From a virus, in the IMG/VR virus record IMGVR_UViG_3300025437_000010, positions 46,199 to 110,198 of that record: a DNA stretch of 64,000 bases; one strand, 5' to 3'. Below, in pieces: positions 29,482 to 39,194 of this stretch. The notes under the pieces were generated by a model. That model made no database searches. It was given only the letters and a program-made list of their open reading frames with translations, and was not told the origin of the DNA. The translations under genes and the position numbers were made by a program. Position 1 is the first letter of the stretch; the number at the start of each line of letters is the position of its first letter.

Positions 29482-29676
29482 ATGAAAATGCTTCCCAATA
29501 TCTATCAAGTTGTTCTCGTCAATGTTGCGGGTATGACCATTTATAGTGGTTTTATGGAGGATATTGCATTTGGCATTGCTGAGAACTCTGGCTTTGAATG
29601 TAACATTTTGCTTGACGGTAAGTTGATCGCATCATATTCTCCGATTTCTGGTTTTAAAGAATTTACAAATGACTAA
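29482..29676 (+). CDS. Hypothetical early protein
   Basis: TTGACA promoter at 29431; AAGGAG RBS. Confidence 0.65.
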   Translation: MKMLPNIYQVVLVNVAGMTIYSGFMEDIAFGIAENSGFECNILLDGKLIASYSPISGFKEFTND

Positions 29677-29869
29677 AACCTCAACTATGCATATTAGGTC
29701 GAACGGAGCCAAGGAATGGTATCTGAATGACAAACGCCATCGCGAAGATGGACCTGCTATTGAATATGCAAATGGTACTAAGAAATGGTATCTGAATGGC
29801 AAGGAAGTAGATCAACTGGTTTTCTGGGTTACTACCAAGGAACGAATGAAGGAATATCATAATGTCTAA
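29669..29869 (+). CDS. HREDGPA repeat protein, 1 repeat
   Basis: KRHREDGPAIEYANG...DQLVFWVTTKER. Confidence 0.8.
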   Translation: MTKTSTMHIRSNGAKEWYLNDKRHREDGPAIEYANGTKKWYLNGKEVDQLVFWVTTKERMKEYHNV

Positions 29870-30074
29870 TTATGACACGCGACATGGCGGTCCATGGGAT
29901 CGAGGCTCCGCAGATAGTTATTATCGCCGGGGATTTACTCCCCACTATTATACTGGTGCCACTGGGTTTGGTAAGAAGATTGAACGGGAAGACATGACTC
30001 CCGAGGAAATCGCAGCCTATACTGCTGGTTATGACGATAACAATGATGATGGCGATTTCAAGGACTGGGGATAA
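29862..30074 (+). CDS. Conserved small phage protein
   Basis: RHGGPWDRGSADSYY...EIAAYTAGY...KDWG. Confidence 0.75.
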   Translation: MSNYDTRHGGPWDRGSADSYYRRGFTPHYYTGATGFGKKIEREDMTPEEIAAYTAGYDDNNDDGDFKDWG

Positions 30075-30075
30075 T

Positions 30076-30147
30076 ATGAGCAACTGGCTTTATCTTGCAG
30101 GGAGTGCCTGCTTCGCACTCGGCACTATTCTCAACATGTTGAAGTGA
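30076..30147 (+). CDS. 23-aa hydrophobic micropeptide, copy 1
   Basis: MSNWLYLAGSACFALGTILNMLK; differs from copy 2 only synonymously over the first 18 codons. Confidence 0.75.
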   Translation: MSNWLYLAGSACFALGTILNMLK

Positions 30148-30327
30148 TATGCATTACCTTCATCTATTTTTTGCCATTTCCTGTAGCTCGCTTTGCGTGG
30201 CGAATATTGTAGCTATCGTATATTACTTTCGCAAGTTTCCGCTCATACTCATTACCAGTGGGTTTGCTGCTGTACTTACTGCGATTGCCACATTAATTAA
30301 CTGCGTACAACTTTAAAGGAAAGTAAT

Positions 30328-30546
30328 ATGGAACTTCTTAATGTATTCGTGTCTAGCAAACGTGCAGTATTCGTCAATGGCACCCGAATCACTAGTCGTG
30401 GAACAAAGTGGGGGAATCATTGGCATCTTGACGAATTTACATGCACTGCTGATCAGGTTCGTCAACGCCTTCGTGAACGAGGTCCGGCAAATGGTTATGC
30501 TGGTATAGAAATTGATGACGAGTATGCCGCTGAATTTGGAATTTAA
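30328..30546 (+). CDS. Hypothetical protein
   Basis: AAGGA RBS; 72 aa. Confidence 0.6.
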   Translation: MELLNVFVSSKRAVFVNGTRITSRGTKWGNHWHLDEFTCTADQVRQRLRERGPANGYAGIEIDDEYAAEFGI

Positions 30547-30720
30547 CAAGGAAGATTGTTGTGATTAAGAACTGTAAAACTATGGAGCAAGCCAAGGCAG
30601 AGGCGCGACGTCTTTCCAGCGAAACTGGTGACATTTATTGTTCCATGAAGTGGAAGGGTGAATGGATCATTTATGCACTGGGTTTCAGTCCTATTAAAAA
30701 TGAAGAAGAGGAAAACGAAA

Positions 30721-30990
30721 ATGCCTAAGTATTTGGTGGAAACTGTTTCTATTTTTCGCATTCGGTATCTCATTGATACTGAGAACCCAGAGTTTGCTCA
30801 AGACACCGTGGTAATGAACGAGGCCGAAGAATTCGGTCAGAAGCACATTGATGAAAACATCATCGGGTGTCGTGAAGTTACTGACGATGAGATTCCGAAG
30901 TTGTTTTTTGAAGACCACCCATACTTGGAAAATTGGGGTCCTGAAAAGGCATTTGAATATGTTCATAAGGTTGTGACACCAAATGAGTAA
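30721..30990 (+). CDS. Conserved hypothetical phage protein
   Basis: YLVETVSIFRIRY...EFGQKHIDENI; GAGG RBS. Confidence 0.7.
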   Translation: MPKYLVETVSIFRIRYLIDTENPEFAQDTVVMNEAEEFGQKHIDENIIGCREVTDDEIPKLFFEDHPYLENWGPEKAFEYVHKVVTPNE

Positions 30991-31057
30991 CTGGCTATAT
31001 CTTGCCGGGAGTGCATGTTTTGCTCTCGGAACTATCATTAACATGTTTAACAAATAA
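30983..31057 (+). CDS. 24-aa hydrophobic micropeptide, copy 2
   Basis: MSNWLYLAGSACFALGTIINMFNK. Confidence 0.75.
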   Translation: MSNWLYLAGSACFALGTIINMFNK

Positions 31058-31068
31058 GGAAATTTAAA

Positions 31069-31446
31069 ATGGGATATTACACGAACTATTCTTTGGATAT
31101 TGACAAGTCTGCCACTGAATTTACTCCCGTGACTGGAGTAGATGAAAATGGAAATCCAGCCACGGTGTATGTCAAGCGTACAATTGATCTGGATCAAATG
31201 CAGCGGGAATTGGCAAATGATTGTGGCTATGAACGTGGCACTCTGTTTGGCGATGGTGTCAAATGGTATGAACATGAAAAAGATATGCGGGAGTTTTCCA
31301 AGAAGTATCCTGATGTCTTGTTTATTCTTTCTGGAGAGGGAGAAGATAATGAGGATATCTGGCGCGCATATTTCAAGAATGGAAAGATGCAGAAATGCAA
31401 GGCAATCGTTTCCTTTGATCCATTTGATGAAGAAAAACTTATTTAA
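31069..31446 (+). CDS. Conserved hypothetical phage protein
   Basis: MGYYT...KWYEHEKDM..FSKKYPDVLF.LSGEGE. Confidence 0.75.
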   Translation: MGYYTNYSLDIDKSATEFTPVTGVDENGNPATVYVKRTIDLDQMQRELANDCGYERGTLFGDGVKWYEHEKDMREFSKKYPDVLFILSGEGEDNEDIWRAYFKNGKMQKCKAIVSFDPFDEEKLI

Positions 31447-31457
31447 AGGAATTTAGC

Positions 31458-31907
31458 ATGGGACTCGACATGCAGCTTTATGCTGAACGTTATTTCTGGA
31501 ATTTTGGCGAAGAGGCCGACAAAGCACTGGCTATTGACATTGCTCAGTTGATTGGTGTTAATAATACTGCAATGCCAATTAAGACCATTCGTCTTGAAGC
31601 TGGTCGCTGGAGAAAGGCAAACCACATTCATAAATGGTTTGTTGACAACGTTCAGAATGGAAAGGATGAGTGCCAAGAATGTCCTGTAGCGCGCGGTAAC
31701 TTGGTCGATCTGCGCGAGGCGTGTCGGGAAGTGCTGTCCGACAATACGAAAGCACCACTCCTGCTTCCTACCACTGATGGGTTTTTCTTTGGCGGAAAAG
31801 ATTATAATCAATGGTACTTTGCTGATCTTGATGATACCATCAAAATTATTGACAATGCACTTTCTCTTCCCGGTAGCTGGGATTTTACTTACCGATCTTC
31901 TTGGTAA
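31458..31907 (+). CDS. Conserved hypothetical phage protein
   Basis: MGLDM...WRKANHIHKWF...LPTTDGFFFG...YRSSW. Confidence 0.8.
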   Translation: MGLDMQLYAERYFWNFGEEADKALAIDIAQLIGVNNTAMPIKTIRLEAGRWRKANHIHKWFVDNVQNGKDECQECPVARGNLVDLREACREVLSDNTKAPLLLPTTDGFFFGGKDYNQWYFADLDDTIKIIDNALSLPGSWDFTYRSSW

Positions 31908-31992
31908 TTTTTTTTGATGAAGGTGTTTTTCTTGTTGACAGTATCTTTATGCCTCGGTATAAGAGGACACCAAGACGAACAGGAGACTTCAA

Positions 31993-32253
31993 ATGGCTTA
32001 CATCGTTTACAACATCGCAACGACTCGTATTGAAGAAACTTATGAAAATGAAACCGCTGCAAAGCGGACTCGCACTCGCCTGAACAACAAGGCTGGCGAA
32101 GTTAAGTTTGCAATTGCCCCGAGTGATGTCTATTACGCTGGAATTGAGCAGATGGTTGAACGCACGAACCTCATGACTGGCAAGACCTTTATGGAGAGCG
32201 TGAACACCCCCTACTACTGCTCGCCCTCGAGTGAGTCTTATTGGAGCGCGTAA
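31993..32253 (+). CDS. Conserved early phage protein
   Basis: TTGACA promoter, AGGAG RBS; NLMTGK.FME..NTPYYCSPSSESYWS. Confidence 0.75.
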   Translation: MAYIVYNIATTRIEETYENETAAKRTRTRLNNKAGEVKFAIAPSDVYYAGIEQMVERTNLMTGKTFMESVNTPYYCSPSSESYWSA

Positions 32254-32302
32254 ACGGCTGGCATTCTTTTTGAAACTATACGCAGATAGATTGGAAATTA
32301 AC

Positions 32303-32572
32303 ATGTCGGAAGAACTTGAATTGAAGTGGGGAACGATTAAGGGATGGAATCTCAATGAGGGTGGTCCCGTGCATGTTCTTATGGAACAGTATCTCAATGA
32401 AGGGTCCTCAATGTCGGCAATGTTTCAACGCGATACTGAAAACCAAAAGCGTCTGATTCTTAAAATCATTGATGCCGTTGATACTGATCAAATCTATCTT
32501 GACTGGGATGGAAAGTATGTCAGCAAGGACGAGGCCAAAGAATACGTCTTGAACTACGATAAGGACCGTTAA
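32303..32572 (+). CDS. Hypothetical protein
   Basis: LKWGTIKGW...DWDGKYVSKDEAKEYV. Confidence 0.65.
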   Translation: MSEELELKWGTIKGWNLNEGGPVHVLMEQYLNEGSSMSAMFQRDTENQKRLILKIIDAVDTDQIYLDWDGKYVSKDEAKEYVLNYDKDR

Positions 32573-32890
32573 AATGCATAGCGACGACCAGTTTCCTCCT
32601 ATTGAAGGTAACACAAATAACTATGGTATCACTCCTGTCTTTCTTATTTGTTTGACAGCGATTGTATTTGGTGTTACTATTGTTCATTGCATTTGAATAA
32701 GGATATAAGTTATGGACCTTGACCGCGCAACTCGCATCGTCAATAAGATGGTAAGGGAACGGTTTTCTACCGTTGACAAGGTTCTTGCTGAATTTAACAA
32801 GTATCAGGTTGGCGGTGAATGCTCGCATTTCTGGCCAGATGAAAATACTGCATGTAAGATGTTGATTGATAATCTTGAAGGGAACTGATC

Positions 32891-33148
32891 ATGGGTTATT
32901 ATGTACAAGACGGAATCCGTAACTTCAAACCCGACAACACGGAAAGCGTGTTCTATTTTCCTGCATATGGAGAATACACCTTTACCGAACTCGTTGATGC
33001 TGCTAATGAGCATTTTGGTTTGGAACTGACAATTGACGATTATCGTGTTGGTATTGAGTATATCCATACTGAGGCTGTTGGTTATGATCGCTATGACTCG
33101 TCTGATTACACCAACTATTTTGTAATCACTCGACGTATTATTAAGTAA
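32891..33148 (+). CDS. Hypothetical protein
   Basis: AAGGGA RBS; EYIHT...GYDRYDSSDY. Confidence 0.65.
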   Translation: MGYYVQDGIRNFKPDNTESVFYFPAYGEYTFTELVDAANEHFGLELTIDDYRVGIEYIHTEAVGYDRYDSSDYTNYFVITRRIIK

Positions 33149-33314
33149 AATGGAGATCGATAATGAGCAAACGTAACACATTTCTGTTCGGAGTGGCTGT
33201 GGGCGCCTGGCTGAATATTTGGCCAGCCCCTATCCTCCACTATCCGTTTGCAGCGTTTATCTTTGCCTACATCCTGGTATTCTATGCACTGTTCAGTATG
33301 ACCATGGAGAAACG

Positions 33315-33722
33315 ATGATGACCGATATTGCTCGGCAGGCTCTGGCGGACATTCTTGATGAAATCAAAGACAAGACTGTTAATCATAATCTCATCATGTC
33401 AATCTCAAAGGTAAGGCGGATTGCCCATGATGCCCTTGAACATCCCGCATACAAGAGCACGGGGATGAACACCATTGAATACTGGGAAGTCAACGAGTCC
33501 TATGACCGGGACATGACTGCTATCGCCAACTTCACCAATGAGGAGGAGGCCAAGAAACTGGCAGGCGGGAGCATGTATCGAGGTGTGTGGAAGAAATCCA
33601 CCACCATCTTTGACACCGTGGAAGACTATGAGAACAACACTCGGGAAAAACTTCGCGAACGGGCATTGAATAAACTCACTTCCGAAGAAAAAATTGCATT
33701 GGGACTTGACCATATCAAATGA
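33315..33722 (+). CDS. Hypothetical protein
   Basis: GGAGA RBS; C-terminal ALNKLTSEEKIALGL. Confidence 0.65.
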   Translation: MMTDIARQALADILDEIKDKTVNHNLIMSISKVRRIAHDALEHPAYKSTGMNTIEYWEVNESYDRDMTAIANFTNEEEAKKLAGGSMYRGVWKKSTTIFDTVEDYENNTREKLRERALNKLTSEEKIALGLDHIK

Positions 33723-34015
33723 TGCTGCTATAAGCGGCTATCATCAGCAAGGTGCAGAGACGTATTTGGCATGGGCAAAAGAACATACCTCTGGAATGGA
33801 AAATGATTCTTGGTAGGATGGTGATTTGGAAGAGGATTGGTTGCATATGCACGATAGACCAAGAGATTTTTACGGACCAGAAGATTGGGACGGACACACG
33901 GACCCGCAAGAGCAAGAAGATGATGTGAAGAAGCGTCAAGCAGCGTGGGATGCCCAACGCGCCATGCTTCCTTGGTGGCGCAAGCTATTCAAATGAACAT
34001 AGAAGGAGTTTAATA

Positions 34016-34249
34016 ATGTCTGATTTTGAAGTTCATCCTATTGGAACCGCCAGCCGCATTAAGAGAATGGAAGACGGGTTACGTTTTCTTGATGAGGTGA
34101 TTGATAACAATATTATTCACACCGAGAATCCCATTAATCGGGTTCATTGGAAGGGTGAATGGCTTGAAGGCGCGGCAGCAGACTGCCTAATTCATCACCT
34201 TCGCCTAATTCAGAAAGTAGTCAAATTTGCTTTGGAGGAAAATCGGTGA
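34016..34249 (+). CDS. Hypothetical protein
   Basis: AAGGAG RBS before ATG 34016. Confidence 0.6.
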   Translation: MSDFEVHPIGTASRIKRMEDGLRFLDEVIDNNIIHTENPINRVHWKGEWLEGAAADCLIHHLRLIQKVVKFALEENR

Positions 34250-34476
34250 CTCTTCTTTCTGGATGGACACTTGATTACACAGAAGAAAAGACCCATGAAG
34301 ATGGTCCCTATACTTCTTCGGTCTACAAAAACGATCAAAATGATATTCTTGGCGTCACGGTTGATCCAGACGATCCGGACTGGGTTCATTGGTATTTCAT
34401 TCCATCAGGTGAGGTTTACCCTACCATGAGTGGGAATGATTTAATTGAAACTTTTATGGAAGAATTTGAAGTATAG
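34246..34476 (+). CDS. Hypothetical protein
   Basis: GGAGG RBS; coupled GTGA overlap. Confidence 0.6.
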   Translation: MTLLSGWTLDYTEEKTHEDGPYTSSVYKNDQNDILGVTVDPDDPDWVHWYFIPSGEVYPTMSGNDLIETFMEEFEV

Positions 34477-34523
34477 TGAATTATATAATTCCCGACAACC
34501 CATCTAATCAAAAGGATAATCAA

Positions 34524-34745
34524 ATGGATAAAATTGTTAATGTTTTTAGTGAGATTGTGGTCGGCATTTTTGTCATTACTCTTGCCGGTCTAATGTTCGC
34601 ATTGCCTGTATATTTTCTGTGGAATAGTTGTCTTGTGGATGCTGTATCTGGCCTTCATCAGATTGGATTGTTTCAGGCATGGGGTTTGAACATTCTGTTT
34701 GGTGTTCTTTTCAATAAGAGCATTTCGCAAAAGACAGAGGCGTAA
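34524..34745 (+). CDS. Small membrane protein
   Basis: FLWN...IGLFQAWGL; two TMs. Confidence 0.65.
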   Translation: MDKIVNVFSEIVVGIFVITLAGLMFALPVYFLWNSCLVDAVSGLHQIGLFQAWGLNILFGVLFNKSISQKTEA

Positions 34746-34785
34746 AGTTTATTTTCTCTCACTTTTTGGCGAATAAGTATGCATA

Positions 34786-34809
34786 AGGGATGTGATTAAT
34801 CACATCCCT
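34786..34809. repeat. Perfect 24-bp palindrome upstream of the glycosyltransferase
   Basis: AGGGATGTGATTAATCACATCCCT is its own reverse complement. Confidence 0.85.
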
Positions 34810-34832
34810 ATTGCTATTTAATGAGGAATGTT

Positions 34833-35627
34833 ATGAAATTTAGCGTACTATTACCGACGCGTGGTAGAAAAGAATTACTATTAAAATCCATTCAAAGTCT
34901 ACTTGAACAAGCAGATACCCCTGACCAAATTGAAGTTCTTTTGGGAATGGACAATGATGATACAGATTCAGTAGAGTATGTCAAGTCAGTAATTCTTCCG
35001 AGATATTCTAATATTAAGTTATATATGTTTCCATCATATGGTTATGGAAAACTGAATATATATGCCAATTCACTTGCTGCGCTTAGTGTCGGAAACTGGA
35101 TTATGCTGTGGAATGATGATGCCTTCATTCGGACTCCACATTGGGATACTGTCATTGATAAGTATGATAATCATCCTATGCCACTCTTACGTATGCAGGT
35201 AGAAAAAATGAGCCATCCATTTGCATTGTTTCCAATTGTGAAGCGTAAGTGGTTTGAAACTGTTGGAACTCTTAGTTCATATTCACATATTGATCGCTTT
35301 ATTTACAATGTAAACAGCAATATAGATTGGCAAAATAAGCATCTGTGGGTAGTTGATGTCCCTGTCAATGTATTACATGATCGCTATGACATTACTGGAA
35401 ACAACAATGACGAGACCTTTCAAAGAGCAATAACAAGCTATAACGAAGGTCAACCCGATAATCCATGTTCAGATGATTACCAGCCATCATTTACTGCAGT
35501 GTTAACATCAACGAATAAACTCATTCATTATATCAATACTGAGTTGGGCGGAAACATGCGTTATTTGCCTATTGATACGCTTAAGGAAGTTCAGAAAGTT
35601 TCTACACAAAGTCATGGTGCTCATTAA
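34833..35627 (+). CDS. Glycosyltransferase family 2 (GT-A)
   Basis: SVLLPTRGR, GMDNDD, LWNDDA (DxD-like). Confidence 0.85.
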   Translation: MKFSVLLPTRGRKELLLKSIQSLLEQADTPDQIEVLLGMDNDDTDSVEYVKSVILPRYSNIKLYMFPSYGYGKLNIYANSLAALSVGNWIMLWNDDAFIRTPHWDTVIDKYDNHPMPLLRMQVEKMSHPFALFPIVKRKWFETVGTLSSYSHIDRFIYNVNSNIDWQNKHLWVVDVPVNVLHDRYDITGNNNDETFQRAITSYNEGQPDNPCSDDYQPSFTAVLTSTNKLIHYINTELGGNMRYLPIDTLKEVQKVSTQSHGAH

Positions 35628-35855
35628 TGAGATATGAACTGAGACGGTGGACTGATGAAGCTAAAACAGAATTTGTGGTCAGACAGTGCTCTGATGATTT
35701 TAATTCAATTAACGCACAATATGATAGAGCATTATCTGCCACCACAGCGCCACATCTTATTCACATCGTAGATACCGACTCCGAAAAAAAGAGTTGACTT
35801 TTCATTCAATATCAAGCATTGTGAATCATCGGAAATTTCCAAAAGGAGTAATAAG

Positions 35856-36167
35856 ATGGATCGCGTTGTTGAAAATGGAAAAGTTGCAGTTCTGATTTCC
35901 ACGGAATTCGGGACTGGTTGGTTTTCTTGGCACGGAATTGATGACCTTATTTTTGATCCTGTGCTTGTTGAGATGGTTCGCAATGATCGTCGCGATGAAA
36001 TCAAGTCGTATGTGTCTCGTGCATATCCGGGCGCTGATATTTCTGAATGTGGCATTTCTGATCTGCAAGTAGAAATGGTTCCGGAAGGATCGGTGTTTCG
36101 TATTAATGAATGCGGTGGTGCAGAAACTATCGTGTTTTCCGAAGATGATTATTGGATTGAGGTGTAA
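35856..36167 (+). CDS. Conserved hypothetical phage protein
   Basis: GKVAVLIS..FGTGWFSW...FRINE.GGAE. Confidence 0.75.
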   Translation: MDRVVENGKVAVLISTEFGTGWFSWHGIDDLIFDPVLVEMVRNDRRDEIKSYVSRAYPGADISECGISDLQVEMVPEGSVFRINECGGAETIVFSEDDYWIEV

Positions 36168-36168
36168 C

Positions 36169-36501
36169 ATGCAAATTGCAATCGCAACGCCAGATGGAAA
36201 GGTTAGCCTTTGGTGTGACGTTACTGGTATCAACGAAGATGGTTCAATTGACTTCTATGTTTTCAACGGTGCTTGGAGAGGTAGATACAATAACGGTGAA
36301 ATCTACGTAGAATATACCAAGGCTACTTATCCTGGTATGCTTGTGTGGGTTGGCAATGCTCCCAGTAACTACAATCATGCTATACCTTGGATTCAGGAAC
36401 AAATTGACGATCCCGAATATGTAATGATGCGGCCTGATCAGTATGTTGCCCCCGTATTGGAAAAAAATGATGATGAAGAATCGGATGATATTCCGTTTTG
36501 A
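36169..36501 (+). CDS. Hypothetical protein with acidic DDIPF tail
   Basis: GAGGTG RBS; SSB-like C-terminal DDIPF. Confidence 0.65.
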   Translation: MQIAIATPDGKVSLWCDVTGINEDGSIDFYVFNGAWRGRYNNGEIYVEYTKATYPGMLVWVGNAPSNYNHAIPWIQEQIDDPEYVMMRPDQYVAPVLEKNDDEESDDIPF

Positions 36502-36689
36502 TTGAGGAGTTTTATTATGCTTATTTTTTTTAATCTGTTTCTCGCAGCAATTAATACCATTTGTTTTGTATTTTTCACCCTGCCACAGACTCCGACACGG
36601 GGTGGAAAAATTGCGGGATTTATTAATGGTTTGGCCGCTGGTTTTTGTTTGTCTACCGCATTCTCTGCTCTGTTACTGCATTAAGCAAA

Positions 36690-36941
36690 ATGAAAATTAT
36701 TCATGTTAATAGGCAACATGTTGCCATGAATGCCAAAGATGGTGGGAATCGTCCTGTCTATACCATTAAGGATAGCGGCAAAACCCGTTATGCCCTAGAA
36801 GTTGTAATTGACGGACCTTCTCGTTTAGTGTATAATAGCACTCATTTGAGTTGTGGTGCTCGTGCTTGGCTTGAAACTGATGCAGAACTTCAACTTATTG
36901 ATGAAATGACTTTTAAGGAAGCAAGAGAATATGAAAATTGA
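36690..36941 (+). CDS. Conserved hypothetical phage protein
   Basis: IIHVNRQ...LSCGARAWLET. Confidence 0.75.
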   Translation: MKIIHVNRQHVAMNAKDGGNRPVYTIKDSGKTRYALEVVIDGPSRLVYNSTHLSCGARAWLETDAELQLIDEMTFKEAREYEN

Positions 36942-37188
36942 GTATCATTTACTTCGTAAGGCGTTGCTGCAGGCAATCTTAATAGTAGGTTCTATTTTTT
37001 TGGCGATTGCCGCTATTGTCGGTATTATTTTTGCAATCATTTGGTCAGCATTTAATATTGGACCATTGATGATTCCAGTATGGGCTTTTGTCTGTTTTGT
37101 TATAGTACTGACTAGTCAGTTTTATTCTGATTACCATAAAGAATTCATGGAGGAACGAAAGAAGATTGTTGATACGTTGCGGCGATAA
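36931..37188 (+). CDS. Membrane protein
   Basis: Two TM helices. Confidence 0.6.
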   Translation: MKIEYHLLRKALLQAILIVGSIFLAIAAIVGIIFAIIWSAFNIGPLMIPVWAFVCFVIVLTSQFYSDYHKEFMEERKKIVDTLRR

Positions 37189-37191
37189 ATC

Positions 37192-37377
37192 ATGACCGAA
37201 GATGAAGCACGAAAAAAATGGTGCCCACAGATTCCAAACCGTGAAGCAAGGTGTATTGGCTCAGATTGTGCTGCGTATAGATTCGTTCATGATGAGTTGA
37301 CAAGTTTCATCGCCAATGGTAAGACAGTAGTAACACCAAGTGAACATGGTTACTGCGGTCTCGCTGGAAAACTTTGA
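37192..37377 (+). CDS. Small Cys-rich protein
   Basis: KWCP...CIGSDCAAY...GYCGLAG. Confidence 0.65.
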   Translation: MTEDEARKKWCPQIPNREARCIGSDCAAYRFVHDELTSFIANGKTVVTPSEHGYCGLAGKL

Positions 37378-37388
37378 GGATTTTGTAA

Positions 37389-37652
37389 ATGTCTGAACAG
37401 CCAATTATGCATGAACGCGACGATGGCAACAAGCGTTGGTATTTAAATGGAAAAATTCATCGCGAAGATGGGCCTGCTATTGAATATGCAAATGGCACCA
37501 AGGAATGGTACCTAAATGACAAACGCCATCGCGAAGATGGTCCTGCTGTTGAACGTGCAGATGGTTCCAAGTTCTGGTATCTAAATGGCAAAGAAATAGA
37601 TCAATTGGTTTTCTGGGTTACTACTAAAGAGCGAATGGAGGAAGTGTCATGA
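37389..37652 (+). CDS. HREDGPA repeat protein, 2 repeats
   Basis: Same 5' leader and MSEQPIMHER start as 24025; ends DQLVFWVTTKER. Confidence 0.85.
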   Translation: MSEQPIMHERDDGNKRWYLNGKIHREDGPAIEYANGTKEWYLNDKRHREDGPAVERADGSKFWYLNGKEIDQLVFWVTTKERMEEVS

Positions 37653-38062
37653 CTATGCATCTTCTTGGCCCCGCTTTCTCTACAATTTCCAACAAGAAAC
37701 AAAAGAAAAAAAACATAAACGTCAATGCTAAGTTTACACAAGAGTTCAATGCTTACAATAAGCAAATGAAACGTCTTGGGCTTAAGACAAAAACTATTGC
37801 TGAATATGTTTCGTATCGTCAAGGAAAATCTAAAACCGAACCCAAGATGATCAAAGAACCAATGAAAGCGGCTACATATATTCGTCCGAGTCCAGTTGTC
37901 CCATCATCTGGTGATCAAGTAGGACATATTCCTGCTAAACCCGCAATGTCGTATTCCGGTGAACGAAAGCTGATTGGTATTGGGACGATGCACAAGTCCA
38001 ATTCGATCCCTATTTTTGAACAAAGTGATGCTGAAGATATCGCTAAGATGAGGAGAAATTAA
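37649..38062 (+). CDS. Conserved basic phage protein
   Basis: YSGERKLIGIGTMHKSN..PIF...DIAKMRR. Confidence 0.75.
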   Translation: MTMHLLGPAFSTISNKKQKKKNINVNAKFTQEFNAYNKQMKRLGLKTKTIAEYVSYRQGKSKTEPKMIKEPMKAATYIRPSPVVPSSGDQVGHIPAKPAMSYSGERKLIGIGTMHKSNSIPIFEQSDAEDIAKMRRN

Positions 38063-38251
38063 TATGAATGCTTTGATTGGTGCAGTAACAGGAAGTATTT
38101 TGTTTCTCGTTTTCACGGTTGTTGCCCAGCCCGGAAAATGGATGTTTGTAAATTATTCGGAAGGAACCGCAATTTTCCTTTATTTTGGTGTCGCATTGTT
38201 ATTTGTGGCAGCAGGAGTAATAGGCGGATTGTTGATTGACCATTCCAATAC

Positions 38252-38539
38252 ATGAAACTTCCAGTTAACTACAATAACCTAACTCCTCAGCAACGAAAGG
38301 CAGTTAGAGAACAGTATTGCCAACTACAAGACTGGAAGTGCAGTCATTGTAACAATAATTTGATGGAAGATGCAGCCGATTTCATTCAAAAAATGAAAAT
38401 TAATTTCAGCCTATTTCCGGGTGGAATCGGTTTTCTAAAATTCCCCATTCATTTACATCATGATCACAAAACAGGCTTGACAATAGGTGCTGTTCATAGT
38501 AGATGTAATGCTGTGCTTTGGCAATATCATGGAGAGTAA
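38252..38539 (+). CDS. Endonuclease VII-like (His-Me) small protein
   Basis: Q.WKCSHC...IHLHHDHKTG...VHSRCN. Confidence 0.65.
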   Translation: MKLPVNYNNLTPQQRKAVREQYCQLQDWKCSHCNNNLMEDAADFIQKMKINFSLFPGGIGFLKFPIHLHHDHKTGLTIGAVHSRCNAVLWQYHGE

Positions 38540-38810
38540 TTTGTGGCTAACGCGGCGGAAAAAGAAAATACATTCAGAGCATTAAAGGATGAGCCTATGC
38601 TGGCTACACGTTTCTTATGTAGGGTCAATTGGCATCGGTGGACCAAGTATAGTGAACTTCGCAGAGAGCGAAGAACTCCATACGACTATCTTGTTCAATA
38701 TCGCAACTGTGATTGTTGCGGAATAATTGCACAAAACATCATACATAAGAATTGACATTCACTCAAACCATCCCCATAGTCTCTTTATTGATTTTTAATA
38801 TAGGTGAAAT

Positions 38811-39194
38811 ATGATTCCTGAAGAGCATAAAGCAGCTATCATTACAAGTGGCATTTCTTTCATGCGTTCTATTACGGAATGTTATGGCAGTGAAGATGGT
38901 ATGAAACTGTGGGATGCTATTATCGATACCATTGATCCTTCGGTAAAGGGCGAAATCTTTTTCGCAATGCTGCGAGGTGATTATCAAAATAGTATCGTTC
39001 TCAAAGGCGTCGGACTTAATACTCAAAAAATTCCCGCCATCAAAGAGATTCGTGCCATTTCCGGTCTTGGTCTTCATGAAGCAAAAACTGCCTATGAAGA
39101 TGCTGAGCGCGGGTATGGTGTTACTATCTCGTGTGACCCTAAGAAAGTTCATGACGCCATTTTTCATCTTCGCGCTGTCGGAATGATTGTATGA
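38811..39194 (+). CDS. Protein with ribosomal L7/L12 C-terminal-like domain
   Basis: QKIPAIKEIRAISGLGLHEAK. Confidence 0.75.
   Translation: MIPEEHKAAIITSGISFMRSITECYGSEDGMKLWDAIIDTIDPSVKGEIFFAMLRGDYQNSIVLKGVGLNTQKIPAIKEIRAISGLGLHEAKTAYEDAERGYGVTISCDPKKVHDAIFHLRAVGMIV

Noticed and set aside
33706-33996. Second apparent in-frame TAG (TGG TAG GAT at 33811-33819)
   Set aside because: No matched flanking codons or recognisable motif; the downstream part has its own GAGGA RBS and ATG near 33847, so separate small ORFs are enough.
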